From NCBI GenBank assembly GCA_965204725.1, contig OZ242005.1, positions 4,659,699-4,723,698 on the forward strand: 64,000 nt of DNA. Reading direction: 5' to 3'. Position numbers and translations under genes: made by a program. This DNA comes from Candidatus Latescibacterota bacterium (GTDB taxonomy: Bacteria; Latescibacterota; UBA2968; UBA8231). Shown here one piece after another: positions 26,689 through 37,032 of the stretch (the first letter of the stretch is position 1; each line of letters opens with the position of its first letter). The notes beneath the pieces were generated by a model, which did not search any database, was not told the origin of the DNA, and saw nothing but the letters and a program-made list of their open reading frames with translations.

Positions 26689-26754
26689 GAAGAGGCAGCA
26701 CATCATCCGCCGGTAAAACAAAGAGCTGACGTTTTTGCTGTCGTTTCCGACGGA

Positions 26755-27867
26755 TTAGGGGAAAGGATAGGTCATCGCACTTTCGAGCAGTGATTTTACT
26801 CGAGCCGCGACATCGTGTGGAGAGGCGTGGTAAGAAAGGTCAGCAGATAGGTCTAGTCGATACCTACGTTGTTGTTCTTCCACTTCTTTCCAATAATTAC
26901 GTTCTTGCGTTGTCTCTAGCCAAGGTCTTAATCGTTGGAAATCTCCTTCTCTAGGAAAGACATCAATACCCCATCCCTCTGGGGAGATATAGGTATCTAT
27001 AGCAATGATAAAACCGTCTTTAATCTCTATATTATGCACCAAAGTGTCGAAAAACGTGTGAGATTCCCGATACAAAAAACCAGTGATTGGCCGGCTTTGA
27101 CCTTGTAAATTAGATATATCTAAAGCTCCCCTGAGTTTCTTGACAAGACCACGCATCTCTTTCTTTAGTGTCTCGGCTTCCTTCCACAGGGCTTCGACAT
27201 CCTCCCTGTTGTTCTTAATGAAATCTAGCTTTTCTGGATTCACGGCACTGCCCTCCTTCAGGTGTTTTACAGTTTCAATCATTTCCATTACGAATTTCAG
27301 ATATCGATCTTTTGACCCTATGAGAGTAGGGCCGATTCGCCGCAGTATCTCGCCAAAGTACTCTTGATAGGTAATGGGCTTAAAGCCGAATAATTCGTTA
27401 TCGTCATTCGGCAAATTTAATCCGAGAAGGATCTTGCAGATACGCCGCCTGTGGCCGTTGGCTTTGGCTTGTTTGGTAAGATGCTGCCCGTAATCTTCCA
27501 AGTCGTTGTGAAGATGGTGGTATATCTTGTTTTCTATGCCGACAATGAGCGTGTCCGTAGAAATCACCAGATCGATTCGCTTACGGGTTCCAGTGATTTC
27601 TTCTCTGTTGACCTCTACCGCTTCACCGTCTTTTATCGCCATCTCCTCCTTATCGTATTCAGCGACAGACAGCAGCGATTCAAGAAAAATTGGCCCGAAG
27701 CCGTGTTCGCATCCGGGATCGAGGAAAAAGGCCAGTATATTGCTGTAAACATCTTCCAGATGGGGATAGCCTGATATTTCCAAGGTGGTAGGATCGCGTT
27801 GAAGCGTTGGAGGCAACTTCTTAAATGCGGCAAGCAATGCCTTAAATTGATCTATCGTCGCAGTCAT
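26755..27867 (-). CDS. PD-(D/E)XK nuclease family protein (PDDEXK_4-like) with an uncharacterised C-terminal module
   Basis: The start is taken at the internal ATG (MTATIDQF...). The N-terminus (LEISGYPHLEDVYSNILAFFLDPGCEHGFG) and the core RIDLVISTDTLIVGIENKI (D...ExK) are present. The gene is clearly AT-richer than its surroundings. Confidence 0.7.
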   Translation of the reverse strand: MTATIDQFKALLAAFKKLPPTLQRDPTTLEISGYPHLEDVYSNILAFFLDPGCEHGFGPIFLESLLSVAEYDKEEMAIKDGEAVEVNREEITGTRKRIDLVISTDTLIVGIENKIYHHLHNDLEDYGQHLTKQAKANGHRRRICKILLGLNLPNDDNELFGFKPITYQEYFGEILRRIGPTLIGSKDRYLKFVMEMIETVKHLKEGSAVNPEKLDFIKNNREDVEALWKEAETLKKEMRGLVKKLRGALDISNLQGQSRPITGFLYRESHTFFDTLVHNIEIKDGFIIAIDTYISPEGWGIDVFPREGDFQRLRPWLETTQERNYWKEVEEQQRRYRLDLSADLSYHASPHDVAARVKSLLESAMTYPFP

Positions 27868-28257
27868 TGCCGACTGATCCTTTGAGTGGATTCGACCGTA
27901 AACGGCGCACAAATGTAAGGCAGCCCGCATGACGGTCAAGTCTTGAGCTAGCCCGAGCCCTCTTGTTACGCCTCTTTTGGTCCTTCGATAACAGTGAGAA
28001 TCTCTTTCCGTAACTCCCCAAGCCCAGTCAGGAGCGTCCGGCTAGCCGGCTAGAGTGTGAGTATCCCGTGCTCCTTCCGGCTTACCGATGTCGGTTTCGC
28101 CCGGCTGTTGTCGAGTTCCAAGCCATCATCGTTTGGGCATATAGGCAACCCCAAATCGATTTCCCGACCCTCATTCGTCCCGATCACAAGGGTCTGTTCA
28201 GCTATCGACCGGAAGGGTTTTTCTCGATGCGGCCGACGGACTAGGGAGCGGAGAAGG

Positions 28258-28779
28258 TTATTCCGGCAGGGGGAAAGGATCGATCTGGGCGCTTTTGATC
28301 AGGCGGCGCAACTGATCGGCGACTTCGCTGGGCTCGGCGTTATACGGAAAAGTGCGAGGCCCCGCTTGCGCTTCATACCAAGAAATGGCCCGTTGATTAT
28401 TTTGTTCTGACGGGCGATTCCATAACTTTCTCGCGTAAACTCTGAATCGCCACCCCTTGGGAGCAAGGATGGCCTCTATAACGAGGTAAAAGTTTTCGTC
28501 AATCTGTACTTCATGCTCACAAATGCCGTGAAGCTTATACGCCGGTACCCAGCTAGTAAATCGGACTTTCCGATCTTGCTCTGGAGACTCAAGGTCGCCC
28601 AAAGCCTCAGCGACCCTATCGATGCGTTCACACGTGTCCATCTTTATCGCTTCTATTTTCGACAACAGGAACTGGATGTCTTCCTCGTTGCTTTGAAAAA
28701 AAGATAACATTTCTGAACTCACGAACCTGCGCTCTTCTAGGCGTTTTGCAGCCTCAAGCACTTCCATTGCGGATTCCAT
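28258..28779 (-). CDS. hypothetical protein, paralog of the C-terminal module of the adjacent PD-(D/E)XK protein
   Basis: 173 aa, AT-rich. It aligns by eye to residues ~200-370 of the neighbour: MEVLEAAKRLEE / MEMIETVKHLKE, FFQSNEEDIQ / FIKNNREDVE, LVIEAILAPKGWRFRVY / IIAIDTYISPEGWGIDVF, and both have a ...PFP C-terminus. Confidence 0.55.
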   Translation of the reverse strand: MESAMEVLEAAKRLEERRFVSSEMLSFFQSNEEDIQFLLSKIEAIKMDTCERIDRVAEALGDLESPEQDRKVRFTSWVPAYKLHGICEHEVQIDENFYLVIEAILAPKGWRFRVYARKLWNRPSEQNNQRAISWYEAQAGPRTFPYNAEPSEVADQLRRLIKSAQIDPFPLPE

Positions 28780-28841
28780 AAAAAACTCCTTTTGGAAACG
28801 TAGTCTTGCGTTACTAGTTCAGGCGACACCAGCGGCCCGCC

Positions 28842-29408
28842 TCAAGCTAGCGGTTGCAGCCGCCCTTCTTTCGCCTCGTAGCCTGCGCCACATTCCCCAC
28901 AGACCAGATCATTGCCTAGCGTGACGCCGCAACGGCAGGCCCAGCCCGTCTGCCGCCCCGGTACGCCGGTTATCAGGGAGTAGGCCGGCACGTCGCGGGT
29001 TACGACCGCGCCGGCGCCAACGAGGGCGTACTCGCCGATTTCGACGCCGCAGACAATGGTTGAGTTGGCTCCCAGCGAAGCGCCCTTTCGCACCCGCGTC
29101 TCTTGGAATTCGCGGCGGCGGTCGATAAAGGCGCGGGGATTGACGACGTTGGTGAATACCATGGACGGGCCGCAGAAGACCGCGTCTTCGAGCGTGACTC
29201 CCTTGTAGATCGAGACGTTGTTCTGTATCTTGCAGCCGTCGCCGATTACCACGCCGCGGTCGATATAGACGTTCTGGCCGAGATTGCAGTTTTGACCAAT
29301 GTGCGCCCCGGGCATTAGGTGGCAGAAATGCCATATATGGGTCCCCGCGCCAATGGCAACCGGCTCATCGACGCACGCGCTGGGATGGACGAAGTATTCT
29401 TTTGCCAT
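28842..29408 (-). CDS. hexapeptide-repeat (LbH) sugar N-acetyltransferase, WbpD/WlbB-like
   Basis: 188 aa with left-handed beta-helix repeats (IGQNCNLGQNVYIDRGVVIGDGCKIQNNVSIY). The C-terminus carries a small Cys-rich tail. Confidence 0.8.
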   Translation of the reverse strand: MAKEYFVHPSACVDEPVAIGAGTHIWHFCHLMPGAHIGQNCNLGQNVYIDRGVVIGDGCKIQNNVSIYKGVTLEDAVFCGPSMVFTNVVNPRAFIDRRREFQETRVRKGASLGANSTIVCGVEIGEYALVGAGAVVTRDVPAYSLITGVPGRQTGWACRCGVTLGNDLVCGECGAGYEAKEGRLQPLA

Positions 29409-29497
29409 GACGATTGAATATAAATTGTCCCTATCTATTTACCAATGCACCGGTCATTTGGTCGGCGCATAAACCCTTATTCATAACGGAGGAAACC

Positions 29498-30457
29498 GTG
29501 AAACTGGTCACGTACTCTGCCGCTGGCGAACAATTCGTCGGGGCCGTCGTAGCCGACGACTCCGTGGTCGTGGACCTCAGAGCCGCCGACCGCGCCTTGG
29601 CCCGCCAAGAAAAGCGCAAAATACATCCCTTCTTTACCGATATGCTGACCCTGCTCTCGGCGGGTGCCAAGGGCCTGCGTGCCGCCAAACAGGCCGCCGC
29701 GTACGCCGAGGGCAAGGAACCCAACGGCAAGACCATCCACGCCCTCAACCAAGTCCGCCTCCGCGCTCCAATACCCAACCCGCGCAAGGTCTTCTGCTTG
29801 GCCGGCAACTACCAAGACCACATCGAAGAGGGCGGCGGCAAAATGGAGGCCCAAGACAAGGAAACCCCGCGCGTCTTTATGAAGCCGCCGACGACTACGG
29901 TCATTGGCCCCGGCGACCGCATTCTCATTCCCCCGATTGCCAACAGCATCGATTGGGAAGGCGAGTTGGCCGTGGTCATCGGCCGCAAGGCCAAGGGCGT
30001 CAAAGCCGAGGACGCGCTCAAATACGTGGCCGGTTACACCGTTATGAACGATGTGTCCGAGCGCGAGTTGGTTATCAAGAAGCGCACCGATAGCCGCCCG
30101 CGCGACGAGTGGTTCGACTGGCTCAATGGCAAATGGCTCGACACCTTTGCCCCGCAGGGACCTTGGATCGTCACCCGCGACGACATTCCCGATCCGCAAG
30201 TCCTCGACATCAGCACGTACATCAACGGCGAGCGCAAGCAACACAACAACACCGGCCAGATGCTCTACCCGGTTGACAAGATCATCGAGTACATCTCGGC
30301 GATTATTACCTTAGAGCCGGGCGACCTGATCAGCACCGGCACCGTATCGGGCGTCGGCGCGACCACCGGCACCTTTATGAAAAAGGGCGACAAAGTCGAA
30401 ATCGAGATCTCTGGGATCGGCGTCCTCAAAAACTCGGTCGCGGCTAGCAAGAAATAG
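29498..30457 (+). CDS. fumarylacetoacetate hydrolase (FAH) family protein
   Basis: The GTG start is preceded by GGAGGAA. The FAH-domain segments EGELAVVIGRKAK, YTVMNDVSERE and LEPGDLISTGTVSGVG are present. Confidence 0.85.
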   Translation: MKLVTYSAAGEQFVGAVVADDSVVVDLRAADRALARQEKRKIHPFFTDMLTLLSAGAKGLRAAKQAAAYAEGKEPNGKTIHALNQVRLRAPIPNPRKVFCLAGNYQDHIEEGGGKMEAQDKETPRVFMKPPTTTVIGPGDRILIPPIANSIDWEGELAVVIGRKAKGVKAEDALKYVAGYTVMNDVSERELVIKKRTDSRPRDEWFDWLNGKWLDTFAPQGPWIVTRDDIPDPQVLDISTYINGERKQHNNTGQMLYPVDKIIEYISAIITLEPGDLISTGTVSGVGATTGTFMKKGDKVEIEISGIGVLKNSVAASKK

Positions 30458-30460
30458 CCC

Positions 30461-31678
30461 TTGGACGCAGCATCCGCGACCGCGCGCGAGGAAGGCGGGT
30501 TGCTCAGCCGCGCCTTCCTCGCCCTTTGTTTGATTTACCTGCTCGATAGCTTCCTCTCCGCTCCCTTCCAAGCACTCTTTCCCGTTTATATCGAAGCCGA
30601 CTTGGCGCGGCCCCCGTGGTTTACCGGCTACCTGCGCGGGCTGATGCTGCTCCTAGGCGGGATATTTGCCGTTGTGGCCGGTCGGCTCTGCGACCGCTTT
30701 GGCCGCAAGCCTACCCTGATGATCGGCCTCGTCGGCAGCGTGCTCACCGGCTTGGTTTTCCGCACCGCAGACCCGTGGGGGCTCTCGTGCTTGGTCTTGG
30801 CCATGGGCGCGGCCAGCGGCCCTTGGTCCACCGCCGGCCAGAGCATCCTCATCGCCGCCGTCACCCCCGCTCGACTCGGTTTGGGCAGTGCCCTCTACTT
30901 TCTCAGCAATACGCTCGGCAGCGCGCTCGGCAACCTCTGTACCGGCTTGGTTAAGACCGCCTATTCCTTCGCCCAGATCGGCGCCGCCATGAGCATCGGC
31001 ATGGTCGCGGTAATCGCCCTAGCGCTGGTGCTATTGCCCAACGACGCACCCGCCCCCACCGCGGCCCAGACAGCGCGCCTCAATACGTGGGCGGCCTACC
31101 GCCCGCTTTTGGGCCGCGGCAATGTTCACCTCCTCCTTAGCCTGCGCCTGACCATCACCACCTTCTGGGGCATGGCGACGCTGGCACTGCCGCTGTTGAT
31201 CTACCGAGTAGGCCAGAGCGAGGCCCTCCCCGCGTACTTTGCCGCCGCTTCGCTGGTCGCGGCCGCTTGTTGCCAGCTCGGCGTCGGCTATCTCAACGAC
31301 CGCTTGGGCCGCACCACACCGCTTATCGGCTCGGCGGCCGGCGTCTTCCTCAGCGCCTTGGGCCTTTGTTTTTTGCACGATTCCCTCGTCGGCCTCTTTG
31401 CCTGCGGCACTGCCCTCACGGCCACGGCTTGGGCCGTCTCGACGCTGATCCCCCGGCTCATCAACGACATCGCCGCTTCCGAAGAAAAAAACCGCCTCGT
31501 CGGCTTGGGCCATCTCGCTTGGAGCGGCTCGATGGTGGTCGGCAGCCTAATCGGCGGCTACCTGATCGAGATAAATGCCGCCCTGCCCTTCTATGTTGGC
31601 GCGGCCCTGAGTGCTCTCGGTGCTCTCGGTGCCTTGGGCCTCTGCCGCCGTCTGGACGACGCCGGGGTTACAGCTTAG
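30461..31678 (+). CDS. MFS transporter
   Basis: 405 aa, about 12 hydrophobic segments, and an MFS loop motif GRLCDRFGRKP. The exact start (TTG) is uncertain. Confidence 0.75.
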   Translation: MDAASATAREEGGLLSRAFLALCLIYLLDSFLSAPFQALFPVYIEADLARPPWFTGYLRGLMLLLGGIFAVVAGRLCDRFGRKPTLMIGLVGSVLTGLVFRTADPWGLSCLVLAMGAASGPWSTAGQSILIAAVTPARLGLGSALYFLSNTLGSALGNLCTGLVKTAYSFAQIGAAMSIGMVAVIALALVLLPNDAPAPTAAQTARLNTWAAYRPLLGRGNVHLLLSLRLTITTFWGMATLALPLLIYRVGQSEALPAYFAAASLVAAACCQLGVGYLNDRLGRTTPLIGSAAGVFLSALGLCFLHDSLVGLFACGTALTATAWAVSTLIPRLINDIAASEEKNRLVGLGHLAWSGSMVVGSLIGGYLIEINAALPFYVGAALSALGALGALGLCRRLDDAGVTA

Positions 31679-31687
31679 ACTAGGCGG

Positions 31688-32842
31688 ATGCAAAAACTCC
31701 GCCTGTTCCTCCTCACGCTCTCGCACTTTTGCGTTGATAGCTACGCCACGATGTTGGCCCCGCTCCTACCCCTGCTCAAGGCCAACTTGGGGCTGAGCTT
31801 GGCGCAGGTCGGGTTTTTGGGTTCCATCGTCTCTATATGCAATATCAGCCAGCCGCTCATGGGTTTGTGGGCCGACCGCATGGCTTGGCGCTGGCTGATC
31901 GTCGGTGGTTTGGCATTGGCGACCGTTTTCTCCCCGCTCATGGGGCTGGCGTCCAATTATCTGACCCTCGTCGCCATCCTCGCGTTGGGTGGAATTGGGG
32001 TCGCCGCCTTCCACCCGCAAGTCTTTTCGCTGGCCGGCGAACTCAGCGGTCCGCGCCGCTCCTTCGGCTTGGCGCTCTTTATCTTTGGCGGTACGCTGGG
32101 GCTGGGCCTAACGCCGCTGTGGGCACCCGCGTACACCAACTCCTTCGGGCTGGCCGCCCTGCCGTACCTCTCCGCTCCCGGCCTGTTGTTCCTCCTGCTC
32201 GTCTGGCGTGCGGTGCCGCTCGGCAACCCAAACTTCGCCCACGGCAGAAGTACGGCCCACTGGCGCAGTCTCGGTGCTCAGGCCGGTCCCCTCGTGCTGA
32301 TCACCGCCATCGTCGTTTTGCGCTCGGTATCGGGACTGGGCTTTGGCACGTTTTTGACGCTCATGGCCGAGGAGCGCGGCCTCGGGCTCGTCGCCGGCGG
32401 CATCCCCTTGGGAATCTACAATATCGCCGGCGTGGTCGGTGCCCTCGCCGTGGGCTACCTAGCCGACCGCGTCGATCCGAAACCGCTGGTGTGGGGGTCG
32501 CTGCTGTGCTCGGTGCCGCCGCTCTACGCCTTCATCTATGCCGAGGGGATGCTGGCCAGCAACGTCCTGCTCTTTTTGGGCGGCGGTCTGTTGATGGCCT
32601 CCAACTCGATTATGGTCGCCTTGGCGCAGGAGTTTTCGCCGGAAAACTCAGGCTTGGTCTCCAGCTTGCCGCTGGGCTTTAGCTGGGGCTTGGCCAGCCT
32701 CGCGCTGCCGCTAATCGGCCATTTTGGCGACCAGATCGGCGTCGCTGAAACCTTGAAGTACCTAGCCTTGCTGCCCATATTGACGGCCGGCTTGGCCTTC
32801 TTCCTGCCCAGCCGCCCAATCCCAAAGGATGCTACGCCATGA
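31688..32842 (+). CDS. MFS transporter (Fsr-like impression)
   Basis: 384 aa and highly hydrophobic. The N-terminus LLTLSHFCVDSYATMLAPLLPLL is typical of the Fsr-like MFS subfamily. Confidence 0.8.
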   Translation: MQKLRLFLLTLSHFCVDSYATMLAPLLPLLKANLGLSLAQVGFLGSIVSICNISQPLMGLWADRMAWRWLIVGGLALATVFSPLMGLASNYLTLVAILALGGIGVAAFHPQVFSLAGELSGPRRSFGLALFIFGGTLGLGLTPLWAPAYTNSFGLAALPYLSAPGLLFLLLVWRAVPLGNPNFAHGRSTAHWRSLGAQAGPLVLITAIVVLRSVSGLGFGTFLTLMAEERGLGLVAGGIPLGIYNIAGVVGALAVGYLADRVDPKPLVWGSLLCSVPPLYAFIYAEGMLASNVLLFLGGGLLMASNSIMVALAQEFSPENSGLVSSLPLGFSWGLASLALPLIGHFGDQIGVAETLKYLALLPILTAGLAFFLPSRPIPKDATP

Positions 32843-33621
32843 GCTTGCTCATCTTAGACCCCGAGCAGAAGCAGTTCTTCGACGACAACGGCTACCTGCT
32901 GCTCAAAGGCTTCTACGGCCCGGCCGAGATGGAGCCGATGCGCTGCGAATTTCAGCGCTTGATGGTCGATATTGAAAACCGGCCCAAGAACGTCCGGTAC
33001 TCCTTCATGGACGCGCCGGAAGGCTACTCGCCCGACCCCTTCAACCCGCACAATGTCGTCGGCATGATGGACCAGACGTTGGCTGGCGACTACTGGTTTG
33101 ACCAGTTTACCGAGCCGCGCATCGTCTCGGTTATGGTCGATCTCTTAGGCCCCGACCTCGATTTCCACAACGGCAAGGTCCGCAACAAACCCCCCGGCTT
33201 TGTCTGCACCCAAAGCTGGCACCAAGACTGGCCCTACGAGCGCCACACCGAGCCAGACTTGGCCGCGGCCATTACGTACCTCGATCCGAGTGGATTTGAG
33301 GCCGGAGCGACCGAAGTCCTGCCCGGCAGCCACCGCAAGGGCGAGTACCCCACTCTAGAAACCAGCCACACCATCCCCGACGAGCACATTCCCCCGGCCG
33401 AGTGCGTGGTCTTGGAGGCCGAGCCGGGCGACGTGGCCATCATTCACGTTCTCGTCGTCCACCGCGCCGGTCACAACTACACCCCACGGGCGCGCCACGC
33501 CATCATCAACGAGTACAAAACTGCGGCCACCATCGACCAATGGGGCAACTCCTGCGCCTTTGCCGGCTTACCGCTGGCCCGCAATGGTGCGCTCCTGATG
33601 CCGCGCGTTTACCAAGGATAA
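32839..33621 (+). CDS. phytanoyl-CoA dioxygenase (PhyH) family Fe(II)/2OG oxygenase
   Basis: 260 aa with FFDDNGYLLLKGF, WHQDWPY and LPGSHRKG. The start overlaps the upstream MFS gene's stop (ATGA). Confidence 0.8.
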   Translation: MSLLILDPEQKQFFDDNGYLLLKGFYGPAEMEPMRCEFQRLMVDIENRPKNVRYSFMDAPEGYSPDPFNPHNVVGMMDQTLAGDYWFDQFTEPRIVSVMVDLLGPDLDFHNGKVRNKPPGFVCTQSWHQDWPYERHTEPDLAAAITYLDPSGFEAGATEVLPGSHRKGEYPTLETSHTIPDEHIPPAECVVLEAEPGDVAIIHVLVVHRAGHNYTPRARHAIINEYKTAATIDQWGNSCAFAGLPLARNGALLMPRVYQG

Positions 33622-33646
33622 CCGGGGCCTTGAAGGACGCCCCACC

Positions 33647-35624
<1,978 letters not shown>

Positions 35625-35646
35625 GGGCCGTTTGAGCAAAAAGCAG

Positions 35647-35678
35647 TTGACACGGTTCTTGGGCGTTAGTCATATTAA
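35647..35678 (+). promoter_or_regulatory. sigma70-like promoter (TTGACA ... CATATT/TATTAA)
   Basis: A perfect -35 hexamer lies 23 nt after the metG stop. AT-rich -10-like hexamers follow at 18-20 nt spacing. Confidence 0.4.
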
Positions 35679-35679
35679 A

Positions 35680-35982
35680 CGCAAGACGGGTTCAGGGGCC
35701 ATAAAGCCTCTGTTGCCGCCACGCTGAGGCTCGAGGCTACGCGAGCGAGCCAGCCCGGCTTTGTAACTGGCCGCAACGACGCGCAGAGTTGGAGTATGGA
35801 TATGAGGCGCGCACAAGCGAAAGGAGGTGGTCCATTGAGTAGTAATTGTACCGCAGGGAGGTTGATCACTTGATCAACTCCAGGTGATTAACTACCTGGT
35901 CAGGAGCTATGCGGCCCCGGTCGCGTAACTTCTGAGAGTACAGCCGGGCGCATCCCATCTTAGCGGGTGCGCCCGGTTTTTT
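35680..35982 (+). ncRNA. candidate structured RNA or long regulatory leader, unclassified
   Basis: About 300 nt between the promoter-like element and a strong intrinsic terminator, with no ORF of 60 aa or more on the + strand. There are several clean hairpins and a 5'/3' long-range complementarity (GGGGCC 35695-35700 with GGCCCC 35913-35918). Confidence 0.4.
35944..35982 (+). terminator. Rho-independent terminator
   Basis: A 9-bp GC-rich stem, CCGGGCGCA ... TGCGCCCGG, is followed by TTTTTT. Confidence 0.75.
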
Positions 35983-36053
35983 GTTCGCGTTGGGCTTGAT
36001 TGGTTCCCACGCGGTGTTTTTGCCATATTGTCCGCAAGGAGAGGAGGCCGAGT

Positions 36054-37028
36054 ATGAAGCGCGTCGCTAAGCCCGCAGGGGCCTATAACATCGTGATAGA
36101 AGAGGTCGAGATGCCGGCTATTGCTCCGACCGAGATTTTGATCCGCGCCGAGTGTTCGCTAATCAGCCGCGGCTCGGAGATTTGGCGTCGCTACGTGCGC
36201 GAAGAGGCGATAGACCATCGCGCCATGGGCTACTCGCTGGTCGGTCGAGTCGCAGCGGTTGGCTCGGCGGTCGAAGAGTTCAAAACCGGCGACTGGGTCG
36301 CGGCTCTGGCGCCGCACGCCGAATACGTGGCGGTCGAAGTCGTAGCCAGCCGACACAAGCCGGCGGTCGTGTCCTTGCCGCCGGGCCTGTCGCCCGAGGC
36401 GGGGACCTTCTGGCCGTTGGCAACCAGCTCGGTCCTGTGGATGTGGGAGACCGGGGCCGGTGCGGATCACGTCGTGGTCATCCAAGGGCAGGGCTTGGTC
36501 GGCAGCGGTTGTATGCAGGCGGCCAAAGCGCAGGGCGCGGGGCGCGTCATCGGGATTGATGCGTTGCCCTTGCGCTGCGAGTTGGCGCACGAGTTGGGGG
36601 CCGACGCGGTAATTGACGCCAGTGCCGGCGACCCGGTCGCGCAGGTCTTGGAGCGGACGGACGGAGACGGGGCGGACGTGGTGGTTGAGGCCGTTGGGGG
36701 TCGGGCTGGGGCGCGCGCTTTTGCCGAGGCGCAGGACATGCTCAAGCACGGCGGCCTCTTGCAGGTGCTGGGGCTGTACGAAGAAGAGCCGCTGCCGCTT
36801 TACTCGGGCAAAATCATGGGCAAGCGCCTCGTAGGTAGCTACCTCGACCCCGGCCTGCGGCCCCAAGGATCGGCCCGGGCGCTAGAACTGTTGGCTACAG
36901 ACCAGATCCAGTTCGCCAAGATGATCACCCACCGCTTCCCCTACACCGAAGCGGCAGCGGCCTTCGACCTGCTCTACAATCGGTTGGGCGAGACGATGGC
37001 GGTATTGCTGATGTGGGAAACTGACTGA
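36054..37028 (+). CDS. zinc-type (MDR) alcohol/polyol dehydrogenase
   Basis: The ATG is preceded by AAGGAGAGGAGG. The product is 324 aa with a GroES-like N-terminal domain and a Rossmann motif VIQGQGLVGSG. Confidence 0.8.
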   Translation: MKRVAKPAGAYNIVIEEVEMPAIAPTEILIRAECSLISRGSEIWRRYVREEAIDHRAMGYSLVGRVAAVGSAVEEFKTGDWVAALAPHAEYVAVEVVASRHKPAVVSLPPGLSPEAGTFWPLATSSVLWMWETGAGADHVVVIQGQGLVGSGCMQAAKAQGAGRVIGIDALPLRCELAHELGADAVIDASAGDPVAQVLERTDGDGADVVVEAVGGRAGARAFAEAQDMLKHGGLLQVLGLYEEEPLPLYSGKIMGKRLVGSYLDPGLRPQGSARALELLATDQIQFAKMITHRFPYTEAAAAFDLLYNRLGETMAVLLMWETD

Positions 37029-37032
37029 GGAG

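Noticed and set aside
28039-28050. Perfect 12-bp palindrome CCGGCTAGCCGG in the nuclease-locus gap.
   Set aside because: Short GC-rich palindromes of this size are expected by chance in 64 kb of high-GC DNA, and there is no associated promoter or terminator context.
28057-28410. 117-aa + strand ORF in the gap of the nuclease locus.
   Set aside because: It overlaps the minus-strand paralog gene and has an Arg/Ser-rich junk composition. The minus-strand translation of the same gap shows similarity to the neighbouring nuclease protein instead.
35680-35982. Assignment of the metG-downstream element to a T-box, RNase P, SRP or 6S RNA.
   Set aside because: GGUGGUCC and UACCGC pieces resemble a split T-box sequence. 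However, they are interrupted, the element is downstream of the aaRS gene, and the next gene is a dehydrogenase. The RNase P P4 motif (GGAAAGUCC) and the SRP domain IV loops are absent. The length is too great for typical 6S RNA. It is kept as unclassified rather than given a family name.
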